A DNA stretch of 64,000 nt from Candidatus Eremiobacteria bacterium (lineage in GTDB: Bacteria; Vulcanimicrobiota; Vulcanimicrobiia; Vulcanimicrobiales; Vulcanimicrobiaceae). The notes beneath the pieces were generated by a model. The model was not told where the DNA came from. It ran no database searches and was given only the letters and a program-made list of their open reading frames with translations. This document shows, one piece after another, positions 49,260 to 58,250 of this stretch. The translations under genes and the position numbers were made by a program. The first letter of the stretch is position 1. Each line of letters begins with the position of its first letter. The stretch lies in contig CAVWUU010000003.1 in assembly GCA_963758295.1 (NCBI GenBank), positions 1 through 64,000 of the forward strand, read 5' to 3'.

Positions 49260-49993
49260 CACAACTGCGCCTTTTACGATTCATGCGTTCGCAAAGATGC
49301 GCTGGTTGCCGTACGATACATCGCAATCGCGGGAGTGCCGCCGACCCATCCGGTTTCCGCACGAATCTCTTCACTCTTGAGAATCTCCAAAAGCTCCACG
49401 TAGTGCTGCAGATGGTCTTGCGCGGACGCCGCCGCCGCGAGCGGCGTCGTGGCTTTTGCGGACCGGCGAGCGACATTGGCCGCACTCGAAACAACGCAGC
49501 CTTCACCGCGCCGACCGATGTTCCGAGCGTCGATGCCGTTTCGTCCAAAGAGTTGCCGAGAACATCCTTCAGAATGAGCGCCCCGCGTTGCACGGGCGGA
49601 CGTTCAACGAACACGCTGGAGCGCGGCTTCAACCAGCGCGGGATCCACGCAATCGTCCTCGGGCTACGCGCGTTCCGGAACTTCGGGAACGACGTCGAGA
49701 TTGTTGCGCTCGTAACGCCTTAGAAAATCCATAGCGGTGTTGTGAACGATGGGAAAATCCAGGATTTTAAGTGGGCGGTTCGATCATCTGGGCGAGGGCG
49801 TAGTACGCTTTCGCAAGCGTATCTTGCACTACGTCCTCGCCGTCGAATACCGAACCGGTCATGCGAGCGCAACACCGATGGAGCTCGGGACGAGTGCGTC
49901 AACGAGATCCATGAAGCGGTCGCGCGCCTCGGCCATGGCCGGCAAGAAGGCGCGCGTTTCGTTGTCTATCTTGATTGCGCGGTACTCCGTCAA
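49260..49993 (-). pseudogene. Degraded ECF sigma-70 factor
   Basis: Frame-switching fragments [71 protein letters not shown]; in-frame TAG near 49665; AGGAG SD before TTG 49993. Confidence 0.8.
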
Positions 49994-50098
49994 TGTCTCC
50001 TACAACTCGCGTTCCGCGCAGGAGTTTCCGTTCCTCGAAATGCGAGCGCGTCCGGCACGGCATACTTCATCAGTCGCCGTGCCGGACGTAGTCTCGCG

Positions 50099-50494
50099 CT
50101 ACTTCGGAGTTGCGACGAACTGCAGTTGTCCGGCATCGGCGCCGTTTACCGACGAGCCGACGATTTTTTGGCCTTCCAGGTGACCGTTGATTTTTAACCG
50201 CGCGTTGGATCCGAAATCTATCCAGATCCGTGAACCGTCGACGCCGCCGGTAACCGGGACGAATTGCCCGTTGTCGTCAGGACGGTAATAGCCGTGCAAA
50301 ATGCCGTTGCCGTCGTCGATCAGTTGGAGCGAGCCCGTGACCGGATACGGTGATCCGTACGTCTGCGTGAGTGCGGTGCTATACGTTTGCGTGATCGGAC
50401 CGGACGATTGCACGGCAAGCGTCGCGGCCGGGGTGCCCAGCATGCAGGCGACCGCAAAGGCGATCGTGCGCGGGGCGAGCTTATTGAGAATCAT
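50099..50494 (-). CDS. Secreted hypothetical beta-rich protein
   Basis: Signal peptide MILNKLAPRTIAFAVACMLGTPAA; GILHGYYRPD, VTGGVDG. Confidence 0.7.
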   Translation of the reverse strand: MILNKLAPRTIAFAVACMLGTPAATLAVQSSGPITQTYSTALTQTYGSPYPVTGSLQLIDDGNGILHGYYRPDDNGQFVPVTGGVDGSRIWIDFGSNARLKINGHLEGQKIVGSSVNGADAGQLQFVATPK

Positions 50495-50619
50495 GAGTCG
50501 ATTAAAACCCATTTCGCTGAGAATCGCATGCGCATGGAGCGGCGTCCGCTTGCTTGCGAACTTTCCAGCGAAATGGGTTCGTTGTCTCTTCAGCAGATGC
50601 ATGTGGAGGGACAACAACC

Positions 50620-51993
50620 ATGCAAAGACTCGCAAGCGTGCTCGCGATCGTTCTCGCTGCGACAGCAGCGCCGGCCTTCGCTGTTGCACACGCGGAGCGC
50701 CCAACAGGCGGCGAACGGCCTCCCAGCGTGGAGCGCGCCGACCGGCCGGCAACGGAGCGGCCGGCTGTGGCCGAACGCGCCTTCGCAGAAAGGCCGGCAG
50801 CAGTCGAACGTCGCGCACCGGTGGGACGACCAGCGCCGATCGAACGGCCAGCGCCCATCGAACGAGCAGCGCCCATCGAACGCGCCGCCCCGATCGAGCG
50901 CTCCGCTCCGACCGAACGCGCCGCTCCGATTGAACGTCGAATTCGAATCGAACGTGCCGCGCCGGTGGAACGGGTTGCGCCGGTCGAACGCCCGCGCGTT
51001 ATGGAGCCGCGAGTCGAAGCCGCTCGTCCACAAATCATTGAAGTGCAACGGCCACGGATCGTCGCCCCGGTCCAACGTCCGCGCATAATCGAACGCGCGG
51101 CGCCCCGCATCGTGCGCGAGCCGCGCATGGTAACGGCACCGCGCATCGTGCGCGAGCCGCGAATGGTAGCGGCACCGCGCATCGTGCGCGAGCCGCGCAT
51201 CGTTCGTTCGGAACCGCGTGCGTCGTTCGTGCAAACCTATCCGCGATCGGTGGTATTCGGCAATCGTGCTCGCCAGTTCGTGCGTCCGCGCATCGAGTAC
51301 GTGCGCGAGGCCTTCGTGCGCCCGGTACGCCTCGTGCGTACGTATAACATCCGTCCCCACCGGTACGTTCGTTATTTCGCGCCCGTCCCGGTCGGATACG
51401 TGTATAGCGGCTATGCTCCGATCTATACGGCGCCCGTCTACACTACGTACCGCACGCAGTACGTCCCCGTAGTAGTAGGGTCGGCATATACGCCGTACGC
51501 GCCCTTCTACGGTTACGGCGCTCAGGGTACGCCCTGGCAAACCTACAACAACGGCGGCTACGACAATAACGGTGGCTACGACAATAACGGCTACGGCTGG
51601 AACGGCAATGGCTGGAGCGATAACGACGAAGACGATAATGTCGCGGCCTATCCGGTGCAAAACAATTACCCCGTGCAATATCCGTATCCCCAGCAGCCGT
51701 ACTACGGCTACGGCAACAACGGCTATCCGTACCCGCCAAGTTACAACGGGCCCGGTTACGCACGCTACGGGAGCTATTCGAATCCGTTCGGCAACGCGCA
51801 GTTGCAGGGCATCGTGCTTTCCAACAATGGATCGACGGTCGTGGTTCTTACGCCGAACCTCACGCCGGTTTTCGTAAACCTCGCGCCTGCGCAACAGCTG
51901 GGCTACGTCAACGGTTCGATGCAGCCCGGATCGGTGATTCAGGCTTTCGGCTACTCATCCGGAAGCGAGTTTATCGCAACGGCAATAGATTAG
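50620..51993 (+). CDS. Secreted low-complexity repeat protein
   Basis: GGAGG SD; signal peptide; ERAAP(I/V) repeats, IVREPRMVxAPR repeats, YxNNGG repeats, short globular C-terminus. Confidence 0.8.
   Translation: MQRLASVLAIVLAATAAPAFAVAHAERPTGGERPPSVERADRPATERPAVAERAFAERPAAVERRAPVGRPAPIERPAPIERAAPIERAAPIERSAPTERAAPIERRIRIERAAPVERVAPVERPRVMEPRVEAARPQIIEVQRPRIVAPVQRPRIIERAAPRIVREPRMVTAPRIVREPRMVAAPRIVREPRIVRSEPRASFVQTYPRSVVFGNRARQFVRPRIEYVREAFVRPVRLVRTYNIRPHRYVRYFAPVPVGYVYSGYAPIYTAPVYTTYRTQYVPVVVGSAYTPYAPFYGYGAQGTPWQTYNNGGYDNNGGYDNNGYGWNGNGWSDNDEDDNVAAYPVQNNYPVQYPYPQQPYYGYGNNGYPYPPSYNGPGYARYGSYSNPFGNAQLQGIVLSNNGSTVVVLTPNLTPVFVNLAPAQQLGYVNGSMQPGSVIQAFGYSSGSEFIATAID
51106..51200 (+). repeat. 36-bp coding tandem repeat (~2.6 copies)
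   Basis: CGCATCGTGCGCGAGCCGCG(C/A)ATGGTA(A/G)CGGCACCG. Confidence 0.85.
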
Positions 51994-52042
51994 AAAATGT
52001 GTTCATCCAGCAATTTTCAGAAACGGCGGCTACGATAAAAGC

Positions 52043-52588
52043 ATGAACAGCAACATCATCCGCTCCGCCATCGCCGCGGCGGCGATGTGCGGAGTAATGG
52101 TCACCTCGATTCAGGCGCCCGCGCGCGCCGACGGTGCGGCAACTACGCGCACGATTATTGGTGCGGCAGCAGCGATCGCCGGCATAGCGACCGCAGTAAA
52201 CGTCGCACGCAAACATCAACAAGCGAATTCCGTGCAAGGGTATCTGCCCGACGGCAGCACCGTCTATGCGGACGGACACGTAGTCTCGACTAACGGCTAC
52301 TCCTGGTACCCGGGCAATCAAGGACAACAGGTCGCCTGTAACAACCAGCAGTGCTCGATCTACGGCAGCGGCCAATCCGGTTATAACAACGGCGGCTACA
52401 ATAATGGCGGCTACAACAACGGCGGCTACTACGGCAATAGCAACAGCGGCTATTACGGCAGTAACGGCGGCTACTACGGCAACAACAATAACAACAATAA
52501 CAACAACAGCGGCTATTATGGAAATGGCCAGTACGGAACCGGTTACTACCAACAGGGACATCGCAAGCGGCACGGTCCCGGCGCCTAA
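52043..52588 (+). CDS. Secreted Asn/Gly/Tyr-rich low-complexity protein
   Basis: Signal peptide, glycine-zipper-like IGAAAAIAGIA, YNNGG x3, poly-Asn, GYYG repeats. Confidence 0.8.
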   Translation: MNSNIIRSAIAAAAMCGVMVTSIQAPARADGAATTRTIIGAAAAIAGIATAVNVARKHQQANSVQGYLPDGSTVYADGHVVSTNGYSWYPGNQGQQVACNNQQCSIYGSGQSGYNNGGYNNGGYNNGGYYGNSNSGYYGSNGGYYGNNNNNNNNNSGYYGNGQYGTGYYQQGHRKRHGPGA

Positions 52589-52616
52589 AAAAACCAAAAC
52601 ATGCTAGAGTAGAGCG

Positions 52617-53867
52617 GTGCTCGATGAGATTCTTCGAGGACCGCTCTCTTTTCATACGGTCGCACCTCCCGCATTACACCCGTTCGACGGCCTAGACGCC
52701 GCCATGCGGGAACTTGCGATCGCGTTGCAAGCCCAGCCGCAACGTGCCGAAATTCATGCGGCGATAGGGAACGGCTTTATCCGCCAAACCCGATACCTGG
52801 AAGCGATCGAAGCTTATCGCACCGCAGCACGATTGGACGCCCAATCCGCCGCTGCCCGTCTCGCGCTCGCAGAATTGCTGTTTGTTGCGAAAGACCACCG
52901 AGCGACAGCGGCGCTCGGCGATGCGCTGGCATTGCAGCGAGCTTATCACGATCCGGAACCGCCGGCCAAGCGAACGCGCGTGGCGATGCTTTTGCGTGAT
53001 GCATCGTACAGCGTCAACACGCCGCTCGAGTTGATTGCGGATCGCTCCGAACTCGCGCTCGACAAGTACTACATTGAGGAGGCCTCGCCCGCGTTTCCAG
53101 CCGATGTGGTTTTTTGCGCCTTTGGCCACTCGCGCAACGGGACGGGAATCGTCGACCGGGCCCTGGAGTTTGCGCGCAGGCTGGATCGTCCGTTGATAAA
53201 TGATCCTCGAGCGCTGCCTTCGATCGCCCGCGAGCGGCTACGTGAAACGCTTGGGGGCATCCCGAGCGTCACCGTAGTCGATACGCGAATCGTCAAGCGG
53301 GAAGAGCTGCGGTTCACGGGAGCGCATCTGGTGCGGCCGCTCGACACCCACGCCGGTTCCGGCTTGCGGCTCATCGAGAGCGAAGAGGCCCTGAAGGAGC
53401 ATTTGGAACTTCATCGTGCCTGCGCATATCATGTCTCGCCGTTTGTTGAGTACGTATCGGGCGACGGGTTCTACCGCAAATACCGGATCTTGTTTGTAAA
53501 CAAAATGCCGCTTCCATACCACCTGGCGATCTCGCCGCGATGGATGGTGCACTATCGCGGTACGCCGATGGCGCGGTACGAGTGGATGCGATCCGAAGAA
53601 AGGGCGTTTCTAGCCGAGCCGCGCCGGGTTTTTCCGATGTGGGACGATGCATTGGCGGCGGTCCGAGATCGCATCGGTCTCGACTATTTCGGCATTGATT
53701 GCGCGATGCTCGGTGACGGAACGCTGCTGATTTTCGAAGCGGACGCCGCGATGCTCGTTCACGACGAAGAACCGGGCAGCGTTTTCCAATATAAGAGACC
53801 GGCGATCGATGCCATCCGCCGGTCTCTGACGCAGATGTTTCGTAACGCGGCTTACAGCACTTCGTAG
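52617..53867 (+). CDS. TPR + ATP-grasp (RimK/glutathione synthetase-like) protein
   Basis: TPR N-terminus; LINDP, LVRPLDTHAGSG, YRKYRILF, YHLAISPRWMVHY, LDYFGIDC, IFEAD. Confidence 0.75.
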   Translation: MLDEILRGPLSFHTVAPPALHPFDGLDAAMRELAIALQAQPQRAEIHAAIGNGFIRQTRYLEAIEAYRTAARLDAQSAAARLALAELLFVAKDHRATAALGDALALQRAYHDPEPPAKRTRVAMLLRDASYSVNTPLELIADRSELALDKYYIEEASPAFPADVVFCAFGHSRNGTGIVDRALEFARRLDRPLINDPRALPSIARERLRETLGGIPSVTVVDTRIVKREELRFTGAHLVRPLDTHAGSGLRLIESEEALKEHLELHRACAYHVSPFVEYVSGDGFYRKYRILFVNKMPLPYHLAISPRWMVHYRGTPMARYEWMRSEERAFLAEPRRVFPMWDDALAAVRDRIGLDYFGIDCAMLGDGTLLIFEADAAMLVHDEEPGSVFQYKRPAIDAIRRSLTQMFRNAAYSTS

Positions 53868-54571
53868 ACGCGCAAAAACTCCTCGGTAAGTGCCCATGCT
53901 TGCCGCGCTGCGGCTTCGTTATAGCTTTGGCGTTGGTCGCAGAAAAAGCCGTGATCCGCGTGGGAAAACTCGACTTGTTCGTGCGTCTTTCCGGCAGCGC
54001 TGAGGGCGTCGGCGACGGAGCGCCGCTGCTCCGGAGGGATGTGTGCATCCAAGCCGCCCCAAAACATCAAGAGCGGTGCCCGCTGCCCCCCTGCGAGCGG
54101 AAGAAGGTCGGGCGCGATGCCGCCTCCATAAAACGAAATTGCGGCGGTCAGACTGACGCACGTATTCGCAATAAATGCGACCCGGCCACCCATGCAGAAG
54201 CCGACTGCCGCGATGCGCGTCGGCTCAACGCGCGGCTCTTGCCGCAGCCAGCGATGCGCAGCCTCGACGTCGGCAACGATGCCTTCGCGCTTAAGCGCTC
54301 CGATGTGCTCGCGAACGCCCGCGAAATCGGTGTACGAACCTTCGAATCCTGAAGGGGCGGTGCGATGGAAAAGTTCAGGAGCGATCGCCGTGAAACCCAG
54401 ATTGCCAAAACGATCGGCGACGTCGCGAATGTGCGCGTTGACTCCGAAAGCTTCTTGAAACACGAGAATTCCAGGTCCACTGATCACCGCGGATGGGCGT
54501 GAAACGTAGGCGTTCATCACCGAACCGTCGGAAACTTCGAGTGAAACGCGTTCGGTCGAAAGGGCCGACAA
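53852..54571 (-). CDS. Dienelactone hydrolase family protein
   Basis: QEAFGVNAHI, GFCMGG, DAHIP, ADHGFFCD. Confidence 0.93.
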   Translation of the reverse strand: MSALSTERVSLEVSDGSVMNAYVSRPSAVISGPGILVFQEAFGVNAHIRDVADRFGNLGFTAIAPELFHRTAPSGFEGSYTDFAGVREHIGALKREGIVADVEAAHRWLRQEPRVEPTRIAAVGFCMGGRVAFIANTCVSLTAAISFYGGGIAPDLLPLAGGQRAPLLMFWGGLDAHIPPEQRRSVADALSAAGKTHEQVEFSHADHGFFCDQRQSYNEAAARQAWALTEEFLRVYEVL

Positions 54572-54644
54572 CGAAGTTCTCCTCTCTGAAATGCGCGTAC
54601 CCAGGAAGGACGCGCGGCATGCAAAGCCGCAGAATTATCCTTGT

Positions 54645-54995
54645 ATGGGCGCGCTTCTTGAGATTCACCTTGTAGTCGCATTTTTAGTCGTGCTTTGCGC
54701 ACTAGTTTTTAGCTGGAACGACCTGGGCCGCCGCGTGGTCAACGCCGTCGCGGCGCTGCAATTTTTACTCGGGCTCGTCCTCGCCGGGGTTATGGGCGCG
54801 AATCACGTACCGATGCCGCCGAATCTGTGGCTGCACGTGCTTTCGGCGTTGCTCGTGCTGGGCGCTTACGGGATGTCGATGCGTTACGGCAAACGCGCCG
54901 GCGGAGCGCGCACGGCGTTGATCCTTTCGATCGTAGGGTTCGTGCTCGTGTTCGTAACGTTCTGGCTCGGCTTGCACATGGCTGGAAAAGTCTAG
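54645..54995 (+). CDS. Small four-TM membrane protein
   Basis: Four hydrophobic segments; upstream of the GerMN gene. Confidence 0.7.
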   Translation: MGALLEIHLVVAFLVVLCALVFSWNDLGRRVVNAVAALQFLLGLVLAGVMGANHVPMPPNLWLHVLSALLVLGAYGMSMRYGKRAGGARTALILSIVGFVLVFVTFWLGLHMAGKV

Positions 54996-54998
54996 GCG

Positions 54999-55520
54999 AT
55001 GAAAGCCGGAAGAGTACTGCTTCTCGTCGTTCTCCTTATCGTCGTCGCCGGGGCATCATGGTTCTATTTCAGCCATCGCCAACCGGCGCCGGCAGCACAT
55101 CTCGTTGTCTACTACACGAAGGTCGACGGCCGTTCGCTCGGCACGTGGACGGTTTCCATGCGTCCGCAGCAGACCGGCGAGTCGGGGCCGGAGCACATTC
55201 ACAACGAGGCTACCATCGCGGCGGTTCAGGCTGTGGCCGGTCCGCCGTCGGACGTTCAAGCGGTCCGTTTCCCGGCGGGAACCCGGGTGAACGGCGTAAC
55301 CGTTAACGGAACGGTCGCAACGGTCGATTTATCTAATGAAGTAACTAATCAGGGCGGCGGGTCGTTCGGCGAAAACGGCGAGTTCAAGGGACTCGTCTAC
55401 ACGCTCACGGGCATCCCGGACGTCGACGCCGTGCAAGTTACGATTGCGGGCCATAAGCTCCAAACTCTCCCGGGGGGACACCTTGAACTGGACACGCCGC
55501 TTCGCCGCTCGGATTGGTAG
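54999..55520 (+). CDS. GerMN domain protein
   Basis: FPAGTRVNGV, ATVDLS, GGSFGE, LVYTLTGIPDVDAVQVTIAG. Confidence 0.9.
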   Translation: MKAGRVLLLVVLLIVVAGASWFYFSHRQPAPAAHLVVYYTKVDGRSLGTWTVSMRPQQTGESGPEHIHNEATIAAVQAVAGPPSDVQAVRFPAGTRVNGVTVNGTVATVDLSNEVTNQGGGSFGENGEFKGLVYTLTGIPDVDAVQVTIAGHKLQTLPGGHLELDTPLRRSDW

Positions 55521-57438
55521 CGCTCTAGCGCTCCTGGTCGCGCTCCAGCTCTCGCCGGTTCCGGCGCGCGCGGACGGCGCGACGTTCCTCTACCATAATC
55601 AGCCGCTCGCTTTCAGCCATCTCTCCCAGAGCGCCGGCTCGACGATGGTCGGCATCAACGATCCCGGCTTGCGCGCGCTTCTTCGTGAAATCGGAGCCGT
55701 CGTCACCTGGCACCCGGGCGAACGGTACGTATTGATCACTACCGCCGAGCCCATCGTCGTGAACTTCTCCGTTGGCGACACTCGCTACGACGTCGGGCCC
55801 CTTTCGGCGCAGGCAAGCCAAGCGCCGTACGTTGGGACGAACGACGAAGTTTTCTTACCCTTGAACGAGTTACTTGGAGCGCTTTATCTGGCGCCCAAGC
55901 GCGACGGCAATGCGACGGTTCTCCAACCGCAACTCGCATCGATCGACGTGCAAGGCGGCGGTTCCGAGGCCGTGCTTGTTGCGCGCGGCGGCGCGCCGCT
56001 GCATCCGCGCGTCGTGAGCGACGCGGGCGATAAGGTCGTGTACGAATTCGACGGCGTCGGCTCGACGCTCAACCGCAACCGTTCGGTGAACGCCGGCGGC
56101 ATTCGCGCGCTGGAAGTCAACGCCACCGGAAGCGCGCGCGATCCGAAGACCTTTGTGACGGTGCTGCTGGAGGCAGGCGCGCGTCACGACGCGCCGCGCA
56201 GCAACAACGGTGATTTCGAAGTCGCATTCGGCGGCAGCGGGGGTGCGCCGCCATTGGTTGCAGCCGCTCCGGCAACACAGCCGCAGCAACAGCAAACCGA
56301 GACGCCCGCGCCCGCGTCACCCGAAACGAGTCCCCAAGCCTCGCCGCTCGCGACCGACACGCCGGCGCAAAGCGGCGCGACGGTCACTAACGTCAGCGTC
56401 GCGCCTGCGAGCGACGGCGCAACGGTCACAATTGCCGTTAATGGAAACGCGACATTTGAATGGCACCGCTTGCGCGAACCGGATAACCGGTTCTGGATCG
56501 ACATCAAAGGTGCGTCGCTGCAAGGCCCGGCTCGCGATGAAACGGAGTCCGATCCACTCGTCTCCATGCGCGTACGTCAGAACGACGCGCAGACGGTTCG
56601 CATTGCGCTCTCCCTTTCGGGGACGAAAAACCTCACCGTTTCGCCGTCGGCTACGGGCCTTACGATTACCGTCGGCCGGGACGAAGTGGCAGACGTGCAA
56701 CGCTCCGGAAGCGGCAGCACGGGCAGCGTCGTCGCCGTCAACGAACCGCCGCAGACCCTCGTAACGCCGGTTCCGGCCGATCAGTACGGGCAAAATCAAT
56801 CGGAGGCGAGCGGCGATTGGAAATTCGCTCCGCGTAGTTCCTACGTGCCGACGAATCCAAAGCTCATCGTCATCGATCCGGGCCACGGCGGAAGCGATCG
56901 CGGCGCGATTCGCAACGGCACCGCTGAAGCCGATCTTACGCTCGACATGGCTAAGCGCTTGCGCGACATTCTCGTGGCGCGCGGTTGGCAAGTGCGGATG
57001 ACGCGCACGACCGACGTGGACGTGTATGCGCCCAACGATTCGGCACGTGACGAACTTCAAGCGCGCGTAAACGTTGCGGCGAATGCCGGCGCCCGAATGT
57101 TCGTGAGCATTCACGTAAACAGCTTCATCAACAGCGGGCCGAGCGGCACCACGACGTACTACTCCAAGCCGATGGACGTGCCGTTGGCGCAAACCGTCGA
57201 GCGGCAACTTCCGGGATTGCTCGGCACGAAAGACGACGGCACGGTAAAAAGCAAACTCTACGTTACTTTGCATTCGCCGATGCCGGCGATCCTGATCGAG
57301 ACGGCGTTTCTTTCCAATCCGTCGGACTACGATCGTCTCGTCACGTCGGATTGGCGCCAAAAGTTGGCCCAGGGTATCGCCGACGGTATCGACCGCTACG
57401 CGCAAAGCAATCCGGTTCCGAGCGGCGCCGGCCAATGA
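55483..57438 (+). CDS. N-acetylmuramoyl-L-alanine amidase (AMIN + Amidase_3)
   Basis: Signal peptide; PDNRFWIDI AMIN; IVIDPGHGGSD, E, FVSIHVN, PAILIETAFLSN. Confidence 0.93.
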   Translation: MNWTRRFAARIGSALALLVALQLSPVPARADGATFLYHNQPLAFSHLSQSAGSTMVGINDPGLRALLREIGAVVTWHPGERYVLITTAEPIVVNFSVGDTRYDVGPLSAQASQAPYVGTNDEVFLPLNELLGALYLAPKRDGNATVLQPQLASIDVQGGGSEAVLVARGGAPLHPRVVSDAGDKVVYEFDGVGSTLNRNRSVNAGGIRALEVNATGSARDPKTFVTVLLEAGARHDAPRSNNGDFEVAFGGSGGAPPLVAAAPATQPQQQQTETPAPASPETSPQASPLATDTPAQSGATVTNVSVAPASDGATVTIAVNGNATFEWHRLREPDNRFWIDIKGASLQGPARDETESDPLVSMRVRQNDAQTVRIALSLSGTKNLTVSPSATGLTITVGRDEVADVQRSGSGSTGSVVAVNEPPQTLVTPVPADQYGQNQSEASGDWKFAPRSSYVPTNPKLIVIDPGHGGSDRGAIRNGTAEADLTLDMAKRLRDILVARGWQVRMTRTTDVDVYAPNDSARDELQARVNVAANAGARMFVSIHVNSFINSGPSGTTTYYSKPMDVPLAQTVERQLPGLLGTKDDGTVKSKLYVTLHSPMPAILIETAFLSNPSDYDRLVTSDWRQKLAQGIADGIDRYAQSNPVPSGAGQ

Positions 57439-58187
57439 TCGGGGTTTTTGATTCGGGCCTCGGCGGACTAAGCGTCGTCCGCCGGGTGCGCGAGCGTTTG
57501 CCGCTGGTAGACGTACTGTTCTTCGCGGATCAAGCGCACGTGCCGTACGGCGATCGCACGCCGGAAGATTTGCACCGGCTGTTGCACGCGAACCTCGAGT
57601 GGCTCGATGCGCGCCAGCCCCGCGCCATCGTCATGGGCTGCAATACTTCGTGTGCCATTGCGGATCTCTATGGCTGGCCCGATACGAAGGCCGTGGTGTT
57701 CGATCTCATCGAGTCGGCCACGCACGCCGTTCAGGCTTCGGGCGCGAGGCGCATCGGCGTAGTGGCAACGGCCGCCACCGTGCGGTCCGGCGTCTACGCC
57801 CGGCGTATCGGCGCGACCATCCCCGGAAGCGAAGTCACCGAAGTAGCCGCACCCGCGCTCGTTCCCCTCGTCGAAGCGGGGAAGAGCCGAGATGAAGAAG
57901 CGCGGATCGCCGTGGCGGACGCGTGCGCCGGCTTACCGGCAAACTTGGACGCCGTCGTCCTCGCCTGCACGCACTATCCGCTGCTCGACGAACATTTTGC
58001 GGCGGTACTCGGGCCGTCGGTCATTCGCATCGACCCGGCCTTCGTCCAAGCCGAGCGAGTGGCCGCGCTCTTTGAAGCCGCGGGAAAGACGGTCGAGACC
58101 GGCACCACCGAATACGTTACGAACGGCGATTCCGAACTCTTTCGCGAAAATGTGGCTAAGCTTACGGAAGTCCCCCTTTCGAGTTAA
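57435..58187 (+). CDS. murI: Glutamate racemase
   Basis: IGVFDSGLGGLSV, PYG, MGCNTS, LACTHYP. Confidence 0.96.
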   Translation: MIGVFDSGLGGLSVVRRVRERLPLVDVLFFADQAHVPYGDRTPEDLHRLLHANLEWLDARQPRAIVMGCNTSCAIADLYGWPDTKAVVFDLIESATHAVQASGARRIGVVATAATVRSGVYARRIGATIPGSEVTEVAAPALVPLVEAGKSRDEEARIAVADACAGLPANLDAVVLACTHYPLLDEHFAAVLGPSVIRIDPAFVQAERVAALFEAAGKTVETGTTEYVTNGDSELFRENVAKLTEVPLSS

Positions 58188-58250
58188 GTCACCTCCAGTT
58201 CATGTAGGCGTGGTTAGCTCGAAGATATCCGTCATCATAGAGGAGATGCC

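Noticed and set aside
50387..51894. Long alternative and antisense ORFs over the repeat protein (50387-51088, 50502-51200, 50590-51894)
   Set aside because: Expected shadows of GC-rich in-frame repeats; only the 50620 frame has an SD and signal peptide
52043..53867. Graspetide (ATP-grasp RiPP) cluster
   Set aside because: The neighbour has a Sec-type signal and lacks Thr/Ser/Lys-Asp/Glu core motifs; the enzyme has its own promoter-like signal
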